DNA of 64,000 bases, taken from NCBI GenBank assembly GCA_050953885.1, contig JBMNNJ010000001.1, positions 207,437 to 271,436 of the forward strand. Direction: 5' to 3'. Position numbers and translations under genes: made by a program. This document shows positions 19,097 through 28,491 of the stretch, piece by piece (the stretch's first letter is position 1; every line of letters starts with the position of its first letter). Source of the DNA: Patescibacteria group bacterium. GTDB lineage: Bacteria > Patescibacteriota > Microgenomatia > 0-14-0-10-38-17. Below the pieces are notes generated by a model, which was not told the DNA's origin, searched no databases, and saw only the letters and a list, made by a program, of their open reading frames with translations.

Positions 19097-19878
19097 ATGG
19101 CCAAAAATTTTCGTTTTCGCGATAATTTTCTTCTGTCTTTAGCTTTTTTAGGAGATGAATTTCTTAACATCACCCAACCATATCCGCTTCAAGCAGAAAG
19201 ATGGGCTGGTTTACTGCCTCCTGATTATAAAAAAAGTAATTTAAAAAGAAATATTTACCGGCTGTTAAAGACGGAAGAAATAGAAAAAGTAGTTAAAAAC
19301 GGCCAGCCTTATTTAAGGCTAAGCAACCGGGGGAAAAAGATCATTACCCGTGATTTTTCCCTCATCGCCCTCCAAAATAAACCGTGGGATGGTTATTGGC
19401 GAATAATTGCCTATGATATTCCGGAAAAATATAAAAAAACCCGCTATTTACTTCAACAAGAACTTCAGACCCTGGGTTTTGGAATGATGCAAAAAAGCAT
19501 CTATATTTCTCCTCACGATCTTGCCGAAGATATCCAGGAATATTTAGAAAGTAATCATTTAAGCGATTTTGCTTTTGTATCGGTGGCGAAAAGGATTTTT
19601 GGGAAAAGTAATCGGGCCTTGGCTTGGGAAGTGTGGAATTTAGAAAAATTGGAAGAAAAATACGAAGAGTGGATTGAAAACAGCCAAATTTTCCGCCAGA
19701 AAAAAATAGAACTTATCAACAATTTAAGGAAATTCAAAATCGCTTTATCGAAATTCTTTACCAAGACCCCTTTCTCCCTAAAGAACTTTGCTTCGACAAT
19801 TGGGCTGGCGAAAAAGCAGTTAAAGAATTTAAAACGCTTTTAAAAACTCAATTAAATTATCATCAAGATGAGGTTTAA
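19097..19878 (+). CDS. PaaX-family protein (wHTH, Cas2-like central domain, PaaX_C); frameshifted at A7 run 19700-19706
   Basis: WDGYWRIIAYDIPE, LGFGMMQKSIYISP, WNLE; the PaaX_C-type motif DPFLPKEL..W lies in the -1 frame, which ends at TAA 19878 (unshifted ORF ends 19843). Confidence 0.8.
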
Positions 19879-19921
19879 ATATTGGACTATCGCGTTATCG
19901 GACGATAAATTACTTATGTTT

Positions 19922-19975
19922 AATATGACAAATTTTTAAGCGATCGCTTAAAAATTTGTCACACCCTATAATATA
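19922..19975. repeat. 54-bp direct repeat, copy 2, containing the 36-bp palindrome (19926-19961)
   Basis: Identical to 18891-18944. Confidence 0.95.
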
Positions 19976-19990
19976 TAACAGCTATATAAC

Positions 19991-20029
19991 AACTTAGATA
20001 ATTAACTTAGATAATTAACTTAGATAACT
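19991..20029 (+). repeat. 13-bp tandem repeat x3
   Basis: AACTTAGATAATT x2 plus AACTTAGATAACT. Confidence 0.85.
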
Positions 20030-20322
20030 AAAATGGTAGTAAAAGTAGAACAATACAATAAGAAAATGACTATAGACGCAAATGGAATAACAAATCTTCT
20101 CCCGAAGAGATAAACAAATAGTTCACACTAAAAAACAAGCGCACACTAAAACGTGCTAATCCAATTTATAGCAAAGTAGCAGACTTTAACCCGCGCCAAG
20201 AAAAGCGCGCAATAAATTGTGCTACTCTATTTTTTCTAGAGTAGCAATTAAACTTTATCTAGCCATATTTATATCCCGGTTATAATAATATCCAACACTC
20301 AAGAATAATTAACACCAAAAAA

Positions 20323-21261
20323 ATGAAAACTTCTTTTATCGCCACGGTATTAAATGAGAAAAAAACAATTGACGCACTTCTTAGCTCTTTGGCAAAACAA
20401 ACCAAAAAACCGGAAGAAATTATCATTGTTGATGGCGGTTCGACCGACCAAACGGTTGCAAAAATTAAGGCTTTTCAAAAAAAACATCCGGAGCTTAAAA
20501 TAAAAGTTTTTGTTAAAAAAGGCGCCAACCGTTCTCAGGGCAGAAATTTAGCCATAAAAAAGGCCCAAAATGAAGTTATCGCCATCTCCGATGCCGGTGG
20601 CGAACTTGACCGGCGGTGGCTTGAAAAAATTAGCCAACCATTTAACGATTTAAGCGTTGAGGTGGTGGCCGGCTATTTCAGGGGCAAAGGGAAAAATGTT
20701 TTTGAAGAATGTGTGGCCACCTTTACCCTCACTGTTCCCCATCGTGTCGACCCCAAAAATTTCCTGCCCACTTCGCGTTCCATGGCCATCCGCCAAAAAA
20801 CTTGGCAAAAATTTGGCGGTTTTCCCGAAGAATTTTCGGATAACGAAGATTTTGTTTTTTCAACCCGCCTTAAAAAAGAAGGGGCGAAAATCGTTTTTGT
20901 TCCCGAAGCGGTTTTTTACTGGTATCCGCGGGAAAATCTTCAGAGTTTTACCAAAATGATCTTCCGCTTTGCCCGGGGAGACGCTCTTGCCGGTCTTCGC
21001 TATGCGAAAGTGGCCACTGTTTTTAGCCGCTATCTTCTCGCTTTTGCCTTAATCTGTCTTTTGCCTTTTTATCCTTTCTTAACCCCGCTAACCATAATGC
21101 TCGCTGTTGCCTATCTTTTATGGCCCATTTTTAAAAATTATCGCTACGTCAAAAAATGGCCCGCTTTCTTTTTCCTGCCGCTTTTACAAATTACCACCGA
21201 CTTGGCGATTATAGCCGGTAGTTTAGCCGGCAGAAAACAAAAACTTTTAAAAAGGGTATAA
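20323..21261 (+). CDS. Glycosyltransferase family 2
   Basis: VDGGSTD, GRN-AI, SDAG, ED; C-terminal TM helices. Confidence 0.9.
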   Translation: MKTSFIATVLNEKKTIDALLSSLAKQTKKPEEIIIVDGGSTDQTVAKIKAFQKKHPELKIKVFVKKGANRSQGRNLAIKKAQNEVIAISDAGGELDRRWLEKISQPFNDLSVEVVAGYFRGKGKNVFEECVATFTLTVPHRVDPKNFLPTSRSMAIRQKTWQKFGGFPEEFSDNEDFVFSTRLKKEGAKIVFVPEAVFYWYPRENLQSFTKMIFRFARGDALAGLRYAKVATVFSRYLLAFALICLLPFYPFLTPLTIMLAVAYLLWPIFKNYRYVKKWPAFFFLPLLQITTDLAIIAGSLAGRKQKLLKRV

Positions 21262-21271
21262 TAATTTTTAA

Positions 21272-21976
21272 ATGCTCTTACCGAAAAACAACATCACCGC
21301 TTTTATCGTTAATAATAATAAAGAGCCGATTTCCCAAACGCTTAAAAACCAATTAAGCTGGTGTCGGGAAATAAAAGAAGGCATTCTTGCCGCGGGAACA
21401 CCGGTTTTAAATTTAAATATCAAAACCCGCTGGGTCTTTTTTATTTATCCTTGGGAAGAGCCTTCAAAAGAATTGTCTTTGGAAATCCAAAACTTTATTA
21501 ACGAGGCGGATGAGAAATTTCTCACCGGCGCCCAAGTGACGATCCAAAACCAAATTTGGGGGAAAAAAATTAAATTTGGCCGTTTTGGGCCAACCTTGCA
21601 AACCAGAGTTGGCCGCAGAGTAGGGGAGTGGAAGGAAAAAAACGGTCAGCTTTTTTGGGATTTCCCCGGCCGCAAGAAAAGTTTGGAAAATCCTCTTTTG
21701 GCGCGCCCTTTTATCAATTTAGCTGATTTCTTACACAAAACAAATGAACAAACCACCAAACAAGCGCAAGTTTTATTAAAAAAGGGTAAAAAAAGTAATT
21801 GGCTAAAAATTAGCCTCAAGCCGCTTTTAACCATTCTTAAAAACTTTTTCGGCCTAAGTTTTCTGGATGGCTTTATTGGCTTGATTTTAAGTTTATTAAG
21901 CGGGTTTGAAGTTTTCTTGGTAGAAAGCAAGCTTTGGGTGGCAAGTCAAAAAAAGTCTTTTTCAAATGAACCTTAA
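21272..21976 (+). CDS. Degenerate GT2-like protein (WaaE/KdtX-like C-terminus)
   Basis: C-terminal FLDGFIGL-like motif and WVFF-PWE in place of a DxD motif; catalytic motifs not evident. Confidence 0.5.
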   Translation: MLLPKNNITAFIVNNNKEPISQTLKNQLSWCREIKEGILAAGTPVLNLNIKTRWVFFIYPWEEPSKELSLEIQNFINEADEKFLTGAQVTIQNQIWGKKIKFGRFGPTLQTRVGRRVGEWKEKNGQLFWDFPGRKKSLENPLLARPFINLADFLHKTNEQTTKQAQVLLKKGKKSNWLKISLKPLLTILKNFFGLSFLDGFIGLILSLLSGFEVFLVESKLWVASQKKSFSNEP

Positions 21977-22011
21977 AACTTGGCAATTTTTTCTTCTTTT
22001 TTAAGACTCTT

Positions 22012-22203
22012 TTGGAAACGCTCTTTTCTTTCCTTCCTGTTAATCTTAAAAATCAAGCGGTTTTAGCTCTTATTCTTGCTTTTATCCATTCTTTTTTCAA
22101 TAACAGCCTTTCCTTACCCCCCGCTGGCTCCTTTTTTGCTCTCTTTTTTAGGAATGGCTTTGGCCAAAAACCGCTTTCTTTCTCAAATCTAAAAAATAAC
22201 CTT
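22012..22203 (+). pseudogene. Possible remnant of an O-antigen ligase-like membrane protein
   Basis: Hydrophobic fragment LAFIHSFFNNSL resembling Wzy_C C-terminal His motif; no intact gene. Confidence 0.3.
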
Positions 22204-22222
22204 GTTTATTCTTTATTAAAGA

Positions 22223-22963
22223 TTAAGGCTTATATTTAATTTTAAGCGTTTTCTCGGTTTTATTCCCCGCCTTATCTTTGGCCACCACGATAATTTCATT
22301 ATCTCCTTCCGTTAAAAAATAATCTGCTTCAAAATTTCCTTCCAGTCCTACAATTACCTGCCGCTCATTAACCATCACCACCGCTTCTTTTTCCGTCTTT
22401 CCCTTAATAATCATTTCTTTTTTATCATTAATCGTTTGACCATCGCCGGGCGATTCTATCTCCAACGCTGGCGGTTCTTTGTCAAAAATAACCGTTTGCG
22501 CCAAAGAGGCTTGGCTTTCATTCCCCGCCTGATCATATGCCCGCGCCAAAAAGATATTCTCTCCTTCTTCTAATTCTACTTGGCTAAAACTAAAACTTCC
22601 TTCTTCTCCCACCGTGGTTTTTCCTTTCTCCTCGCCGTTTTGGAAAAGGGCCAGCTCCGCTCCTGCCTCCGCCTGACCGCTAATTGCCAACGAGGCGCTA
22701 TTGGTTGCCTCGGGAAGAGGATCAAGCTGGGGTGGAGGGGGGGGAAGATTATCCCGACCGGCTTCTAAAACCCCTTCCTCACCGTTAGGAGTAATTAAAT
22801 CAACAAACCCGATAACCAAATCGGCACCAAATTTATAAAGACCAAAAGCCGCCAAGAAAAGAAAAATTAGCGCCCCTAAAACAATGGGGCCAATTTTTTT
22901 TGAAGATGATGAACGGGTTTCTTTTTTCCGGGAAAAAAGCTTTGGTTTTTCAAATTTAACCAT
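22223..22963 (-). CDS. Membrane-anchored protein with two Ig-like domains
   Basis: N-terminal TM; twice L-EG-N-----A-D-AGN. Confidence 0.8.
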   Translation of the reverse strand: MVKFEKPKLFSRKKETRSSSSKKIGPIVLGALIFLFLAAFGLYKFGADLVIGFVDLITPNGEEGVLEAGRDNLPPPPPQLDPLPEATNSASLAISGQAEAGAELALFQNGEEKGKTTVGEEGSFSFSQVELEEGENIFLARAYDQAGNESQASLAQTVIFDKEPPALEIESPGDGQTINDKKEMIIKGKTEKEAVVMVNERQVIVGLEGNFEADYFLTEGDNEIIVVAKDKAGNKTEKTLKIKYKP

Positions 22964-23007
22964 CTATAATTTTAATAATTTAAGCTTCTGAATTTTGACT
23001 TTCTTTG

Positions 23008-23079
23008 AGCCATCTCTCGGGATCGAACCGAGGACCTACTGTTTACGAAACAGTTGCTCTACCACTGAGCTAAGATGGC
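23008..23079 (-). tRNA. tRNA-Thr(CGT)
   Basis: GCCATCT acceptor, AGCTCAGTGGTAGAGC D arm, ACTGT-TTCGTAA-ACAGT, GGTTCGA. Confidence 0.95.
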
Positions 23080-23108
23080 AAGTCGCCTTATCTTTTTGCC
23101 AATCTTTG

Positions 23109-23180
23109 AGCGGTGGAGGGGACTTGAACCCCCGACCTTCTCCTTGGGAAGGAGACATTCTACCACTGAACTACCACCGC
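23109..23180 (-). tRNA. tRNA-Gly(CCC)
   Basis: GCGGTGG acceptor, TCTCC-TTCCCAA-GGAGA, GGTTCAA. Confidence 0.95.
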
Positions 23181-23348
23181 GATTAGAAAATAATTAAGGC
23201 AAACCTCCGCTCTTGCCACCTTGGCGGGATATTTCGCCACCCAAAGCACCCCCGCTTTGGCAAAAAGAAAAAGGTAATATTATACCCATTAATAATCTCT
23301 AACTCTTTTTATTTTACCTCTTTCCTCTTTTTAAGGCAAAAGCTCTCC

Positions 23349-23924
23349 TTAGGGAATAGTTAAAACAGTGCCAGAAAAAATTAAGCCGGGGTTCGTGCCA
23401 ATCTTTTCCTGATTAGCCTGATAAATCTTTATCCATTGATAACCATCGCCGTAAATCTTCTCGGCAATTTTCCAAAGACTGTCGTCTCTTTCCACCGTAT
23501 ATTCATTAATATCGGCCACTTTCTTGCCGCTGGCAATTTCTCCACCTTCAGGATGACGCGCCGGCATATCAGGAATTGCTAACTCTTGATCCACCACCAG
23601 GAAGTTGGGATTGCCTAATTGATTTTCCTTGGCCACATCCACCCAATTATACCCTGAACCATAATAATGCTCGGCAATTTTCCAAAGGTTTTCCCCCGGC
23701 GCCACCTTATGAGTAGCGGGGAGTTTTACCTCCTCTTCTGTGGCCGCCATTTGCCCTGTTTCTTCCCCAAGAAGCTCTTCTTCACCTGTTGCTATTTCCT
23801 CACCTTGAGAACGGAAAAAATTAAAAATTAGCACCCCGATTAAAACCACCACTGCCACCCCCAGCACAATACTTATTGGCCTTTCCCAAGATTTAATTTT
23901 CTTCAAAATTGATTTTAAATTCAT
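23349..23924 (-). CDS. Membrane-anchored protein with two LysM domains
   Basis: HKVAPGENLWKIA..YG and YTVERDDSLWKIA..YG; SD AAGGAGGTG upstream. Confidence 0.9.
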   Translation of the reverse strand: MNLKSILKKIKSWERPISIVLGVAVVVLIGVLIFNFFRSQGEEIATGEEELLGEETGQMAATEEEVKLPATHKVAPGENLWKIAEHYYGSGYNWVDVAKENQLGNPNFLVVDQELAIPDMPARHPEGGEIASGKKVADINEYTVERDDSLWKIAEKIYGDGYQWIKIYQANQEKIGTNPGLIFSGTVLTIP

Positions 23925-23983
23925 TTTACCTGCCTTTTCACCTCCTTTTTCTTTACTTTGGGCAGGTAACTTTTTTCAGAAAG

Positions 23984-24056
23984 CGGACCCGACCAGAATC
24001 GAACTGGCGATCTTTCGCGTGACAGGCGAACGTGTTAACCGCTACACCACGGGTCC
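23984..24056 (-). tRNA. tRNA-Asp(GTC)
   Basis: GGACCCG acceptor, TTCGC-CTGTCAC-GCGAA, GTTCGA. Confidence 0.95.
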
Positions 24057-24122
24057 TCTCCTTCCTATTTTATATCAAACTATAAGGTAATAGTCAACCG
24101 CAAGATTAGTTTTTGGGATATA

Positions 24123-25958
24123 ATGAAAAGAGCAATGCCGCAAAAAACCGATTTTACCAACGCCGACATCGCCCAAATGCTACGTCGTGTGGCGGCAGTT
24201 TACGAAATTCGCGAAGATCGCTTTCGCAGTCTTGCCTACCAACGCGCCGCGGACAGCATTGAACATGCGGCCGTGGAGGCAAAAGACCTTTGGGATGAAG
24301 GAAAGCTTGATACTCTGCCCGGCATTGGCAAAAACTTAGCCCAACACTTAAACACCCTTTTTAAAACCGGCCGCGTTCCCCATTTTGAAAAATTATTTAG
24401 AACCGTTCCTGCTTCAGTCTTTATATTTTTGGAAATCCCCGGCGTCGGGCCAAAAACTGCCTACCGTTTGGCTTGCGAGCTTAAAATAAAAGAAGAAAAA
24501 GGGGCTCTTAAAAAACTTAAAGAGGCGGCCGAAACGGGAAAAATTAGCCAAATCCCGGGCTTTGGCGAAAAATCGGCAAAAGAAATTCTTGAGGGCATTC
24601 TTGCCTTAGAAAAAAAGAGTGTCATGGAGAAAAGAATGCTCCTCCCCTATGCTGACAGAATTGCCCAAGAAATTATTAACTATCTTAAAAAATCACCCGC
24701 CGTTTTAGAGGCTTATCCTTTAGGAAGCCTGCGTCGTCAAGTGGCCACGATTGGCGATATTGACATTGCCGTCAAAACCGAAAAGCCAAAAGAGGTTATT
24801 CATCATTTTACCAACTACTCCAAAATTAAAAAAGTTCTGGAGAGGGGAGAGAAAGCCTTATGCCGAGTTATCTTGGAAAATAATCGCCAAATTGATTTAC
24901 GCACCCAGGCGCCCCAAAATTTTGGCGCTATGCTCCAATACTTCACCGGCTCAAAACATCACAATATCGCCTTGCGCGAATTTGCCCTGAAAAAAGGCTT
25001 AAGCCTGTCAGAGCACGGCATAAAAAAAGTTAAAAGTCAATCCGCCAGCCGGCGGATAAAAGTCAAAAGTTTTGCTACCGAAAGAGATTTTTATCATTAT
25101 TTAGGCTTAGGTTGGATTCCACCGGAACTGCGAGAAGGAAGCGGTGAAATTGAAGCCGCCGCGAAGGGAAAGCTCCCCCGCTTAGTGGAAAAAAAAGATA
25201 TTAAAGGCGATCTTCATCTCCATTCTAATTTTGAAATTGAACCCAGCCATGATTTGGGAGAAAATACGATGGAAGAAATGGTGGCTTGGGCAATTGCCAA
25301 TGGTTATGAGTATTTAGCTTTTAGCGAGCATAACCCTAGCTTAAGCCAACACCGGGAAAAAGAAATTATTGACCTAATAAAGAGGAAAAAAGAACAAATT
25401 GAACAAATAAATTACTCAATTAAAAAGAGATATTTTAAACGAGCAAAAAATGTAAACTTTTATATTCTGAACGGCCTTGAAGTGGATATTCGCCCCGACG
25501 GTTCTTTGGCTTTACCAGAAAAAGCCCTAGGCCTTCTTGATTTTATCATCGTCTCTGTACATACTCAATTTGGGCTCCCCCGGGAAAAAATGACCCAAAG
25601 AATTTTAAAAGGCCTTGAACATCCCAAAGCAAAAATATTAGGTCATCCCACCGGCCGACTCTTAAACCAAAGAGAGGGTTATGAGCTTAATTGGGAAAAG
25701 CTCTTTTCTTTTTGCCAAAAAAACAATAAAATGTTAGAAGTGAATGCTTATCCCAACCGCTTGGACTTGCCCGATTTTTTGATCCGAGAGGCTGTCAAAA
25801 GAAAAATCAAATTAGCCATTAATACCGATAGCCATGCCTTGGCGCAAATGGAATTTATCAAATATGGCGTGGCCACTGCCCGCCGTGGCTGGGCGCAAAA
25901 AGAGGATATTATTAATACCCAAGGCGTGGGGGAAATCAAAAAAATACTCTTGAATTAG
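24123..25958 (+). CDS. polX: DNA polymerase X / PHP-domain 3'-5' exonuclease (start may be 24135)
   Basis: HhH GIGK/GVGPK, GSLRR, GDID, YFTGSK-HN, PPELRE, DLHLHS, INTDSH. Confidence 0.93.
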   Translation: MKRAMPQKTDFTNADIAQMLRRVAAVYEIREDRFRSLAYQRAADSIEHAAVEAKDLWDEGKLDTLPGIGKNLAQHLNTLFKTGRVPHFEKLFRTVPASVFIFLEIPGVGPKTAYRLACELKIKEEKGALKKLKEAAETGKISQIPGFGEKSAKEILEGILALEKKSVMEKRMLLPYADRIAQEIINYLKKSPAVLEAYPLGSLRRQVATIGDIDIAVKTEKPKEVIHHFTNYSKIKKVLERGEKALCRVILENNRQIDLRTQAPQNFGAMLQYFTGSKHHNIALREFALKKGLSLSEHGIKKVKSQSASRRIKVKSFATERDFYHYLGLGWIPPELREGSGEIEAAAKGKLPRLVEKKDIKGDLHLHSNFEIEPSHDLGENTMEEMVAWAIANGYEYLAFSEHNPSLSQHREKEIIDLIKRKKEQIEQINYSIKKRYFKRAKNVNFYILNGLEVDIRPDGSLALPEKALGLLDFIIVSVHTQFGLPREKMTQRILKGLEHPKAKILGHPTGRLLNQREGYELNWEKLFSFCQKNNKMLEVNAYPNRLDLPDFLIREAVKRKIKLAINTDSHALAQMEFIKYGVATARRGWAQKEDIINTQGVGEIKKILLN

Positions 25959-25962
25959 CAAA

Positions 25963-26325
25963 CAATTTGTAATGCGTAATAAGCAAGCGCAAAGCGCAAA
26001 TACCAAAAATCAAAACCTAAATCAAAGTTCAAAAACAATAAATAAACTCAAATGTTAAATCGCAAAACGCAAGGGAATTTGTAGGGGTCGACCCATGTGT
26101 CGACCCGATTAATGGTTTTAAATAAGGTTGAGTACGGACCCTTTGACGGGCGGACACATGGGTCCGCCCCTACAGAATTGTATTTGCCATTTGCGTTTTG
26201 AGTTTTAGTTTATGGTTTTGGTCTTTGAACTTGGTTTTGCGCTTTGATATTTGATATTTGATTTATTTTTATATTATTCGCTCATTCGTTTTAATTCGTT
26301 TTCATTCGTTTTAATTCGTGTGTCC
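25963..26325. repeat. Nested block: B arm > GTAG-REP doublet < B arm < C arm
   Basis: A-rich heptamer run, REP pair, T-rich heptamer run, attcg iterations. Confidence 0.85.
26081..26173. repeat. GTAG-type REP doublet (REPIN-like)
   Basis: GTAGGGGTCGACCCATGTGTCGACCCG ... CGGGCGGACACATGGGTCCGCCCCTAC in inverted orientation. Confidence 0.85.
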
Positions 26326-26341
26326 AAAAAGGAGGTGAAAA

Positions 26342-26929
26342 ATGAGTATCTTATTAATTCTTTTAATTATTATCGGCGTTATCGGCATTTATATTTGGCA
26401 AACCTATAATTTTTTTGTCACCACTAAAACCAGAATTGGCGCTTCTATTCAGGAAATCGGCAATCAATTAAAAAGGCAAGCCAATCTTATTCCCAATTTA
26501 ATCGAAAGCACCAAAGGCTATCTTGAGCACGAAAAGGGAATTTATGAAAAAATCACCCAAGCTCGGGAAAAAGTGGCCCAAGCGGCCGGCAGTCAAAATG
26601 CCCAGGAAATGGTTGACGCCGCCCAAAGTTTGGGACAAGCCTTAGGGGGAATTCAGGTGGTGGTGGAAAACAATCCGGAACTTAAAGCTTCGGAAACAGT
26701 GCAAAAGCTAACGGAGGAATTGCGGGATACGGCCGATAAAATTATGTATGCCCGACGAACGCTAATTGATTTGACGGCGGATTATAATACCCGGCTGGCC
26801 ACTTTCCCAAGCAATTTGGTGGGAAAAATGTTTAAATTCTCAACCGAAAGAGGCTTGAAAACAGAAAATGTGGAGGAAATCACCAGCGTGAGCGTTGAGG
26901 AAACCAAAAACCCCGAGGTTAAGCTTTAA
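26342..26929 (+). CDS. lemA: LemA family protein
   Basis: N-terminal TM, QLKR--LIPNL, VVE-PELKAS, YN----FPSN. Confidence 0.92.
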   Translation: MSILLILLIIIGVIGIYIWQTYNFFVTTKTRIGASIQEIGNQLKRQANLIPNLIESTKGYLEHEKGIYEKITQAREKVAQAAGSQNAQEMVDAAQSLGQALGGIQVVVENNPELKASETVQKLTEELRDTADKIMYARRTLIDLTADYNTRLATFPSNLVGKMFKFSTERGLKTENVEEITSVSVEETKNPEVKL

Positions 26930-26936
26930 GACTATT

Positions 26937-26972
26937 TTAGCAGTTGACAAAGCCGTCTGCTAAGGGTATACT
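26937..26972 (+). promoter_or_regulatory. Sigma70 promoter overlapped by CIRCE-like (HrcA) operator
   Basis: TTGACA(26944)-17 bp-TATACT(26967); TTAGCAgtt-N9-gtcTGCTAA at 26937-26963; upstream of htpX and clpB. Confidence 0.75.
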
Positions 26973-27172
26973 TTTAGTCGTTAATGCCAGAGGTGTAAAT
27001 AGTAATTCACCTTTGGGATGTAAGACTATTTTCAAGGGTTAGTTTTTGGTTGTAGTCTTTTTAGATTAACATTTTGAGTTTTGACTTTTGTATTTACAAA
27101 AAAGAGTTTAAATGTTACCCATAACTCTTATATAAAAGAACAAGGTAAAATAAATTAGCTGCCGTTTTTCCT

Positions 27173-28063
27173 ATGCTTAACGTTTACGAACAAGTAAGCC
27201 GTAATAAAAGGCGCTCCACGTTTATTGTCTTTTTTTTCATCGTTTTTGTTTTGGGCGTTGGCTGGCTTCTCTCTCAAGCTCTTGATGCCGGAGTAGGGGG
27301 GTTAATTATCGCCCTTCTTTTTGCCGGCCTTTCCACCTTAGGAAGCTATTTTGCGGGCGACAAAATTGTTTTGGCCATGAACCGGGCCAAAGAGGCCGAC
27401 AAAAAAAATTTTCCCACTCTGGTGGGCGTAGTGGAAAATCTTTCTTTAGCGACGCAAATCCCCACGCCTAAAGTTTATGTTATCCCTGATCGAGCCATTA
27501 ATGCCTTTGCCACCGGCCGCGATCCCAAACACGCCAGCGTGGCGGTTACCCAAGGAGCGCTAGACCAACTTAGCCGGACAGAGCTTGAGGGGGTTCTTGC
27601 CCATGAACTAAGTCATATTACCAATTTTGACACCCGCCTTTTTACGATCGTGGCCCTGCTTATCGGCATGATTTCTATTTTGGCAGATTTTTTCCTTCGT
27701 TCTTTTTATTGGCGTGATCGTGACAGTGAAAAGCAGGGAGGGGGTTTATTAACAATCATCGGCCTTCTTTTGGCCATATTTGCTCCTCTGGCGGCGCAAT
27801 TAATCCAACTAGCCATTTCCCGACAAAGAGAGTTTTTGGCCGACGCCTCGGCGGTAAAATTAACCCGCCAGCCGGAGGGTTTAATTGGCGCTTTGGAAAA
27901 AATTGGCCAAAGCCAGCCCTTGCGCTTTGCCCAAAACGCCAACGCTCATTTTTACATTGCCAATCCTTTTAGCCCCAAAGGGGCCCTTAAGGGAATCGCT
28001 AAGCTTTTCAACACTCATCCTCCTTTGGAAGAACGCATTGCGGCATTGAAAAAAATGAGCTAA
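27173..28063 (+). CDS. htpX: Zinc metalloprotease HtpX (M48)
   Basis: NAFATG, HELSH, SRQREFLAD, THPP--ERI. Confidence 0.94.
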   Translation: MLNVYEQVSRNKRRSTFIVFFFIVFVLGVGWLLSQALDAGVGGLIIALLFAGLSTLGSYFAGDKIVLAMNRAKEADKKNFPTLVGVVENLSLATQIPTPKVYVIPDRAINAFATGRDPKHASVAVTQGALDQLSRTELEGVLAHELSHITNFDTRLFTIVALLIGMISILADFFLRSFYWRDRDSEKQGGGLLTIIGLLLAIFAPLAAQLIQLAISRQREFLADASAVKLTRQPEGLIGALEKIGQSQPLRFAQNANAHFYIANPFSPKGALKGIAKLFNTHPPLEERIAALKKMS

Positions 28064-28094
28064 ATATGTCTTCTCTATAAACTATTTAAACTTA

Positions 28095-28415
28095 AGGCAA
28101 ATGTTAAAACTTTTTAAAACTTAAAGTTGTTTTTTAGTTTTGATCCGCCAGCTGGCGGACAGAATCGAATAACTAAAAGTTAAAAGTCAAAATTACAAGT
28201 TAAAATTCAAAAGTAGAACAAAAAACTTTTAACTTCTGCCCGCCAGCTGGCGGGCAGAATCATTCTCGTAGCTGTCATTCCTGAATTAAATTCAGGACAG
28301 GCTCTGACGAAAGTCAGGATCTAACTGATTCTGAATCAAGTTCAGAATGACGCTAATCGTGACCGTCATTCTGACGAATTCGCCAGCTGACGGATTGAGA
28401 TTTGAGTTTTAAGTT
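28095..28415. repeat. Composite block (families B, F, A)
   Basis: tccgccagctggcgga, aaagttaaaagtcaaaattacaag, reverse A palindromes. Confidence 0.85.
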
Positions 28416-28491
28416 TTTTCAAGATGAGACAGATGGCATTAAATGCCAATAAATAAATTACCACCAAGAATAAATTAATTAAACTAATATC

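Noticed and set aside
18895-19961. Two-repeat CRISPR (36-bp repeats) with cas2
   Set aside because: Repeats are ~1 kb apart, fully palindromic and enclose a gene; the protein is PaaX-like.
22995-23186. 63-aa ORF
   Set aside because: Antisense to tRNA-Thr and tRNA-Gly.
26910-26927. Boundary-site-like cccgaggttaagct at the lemA 3' end
   Set aside because: Short partial match inside a plausible native C-terminus; could be chance.
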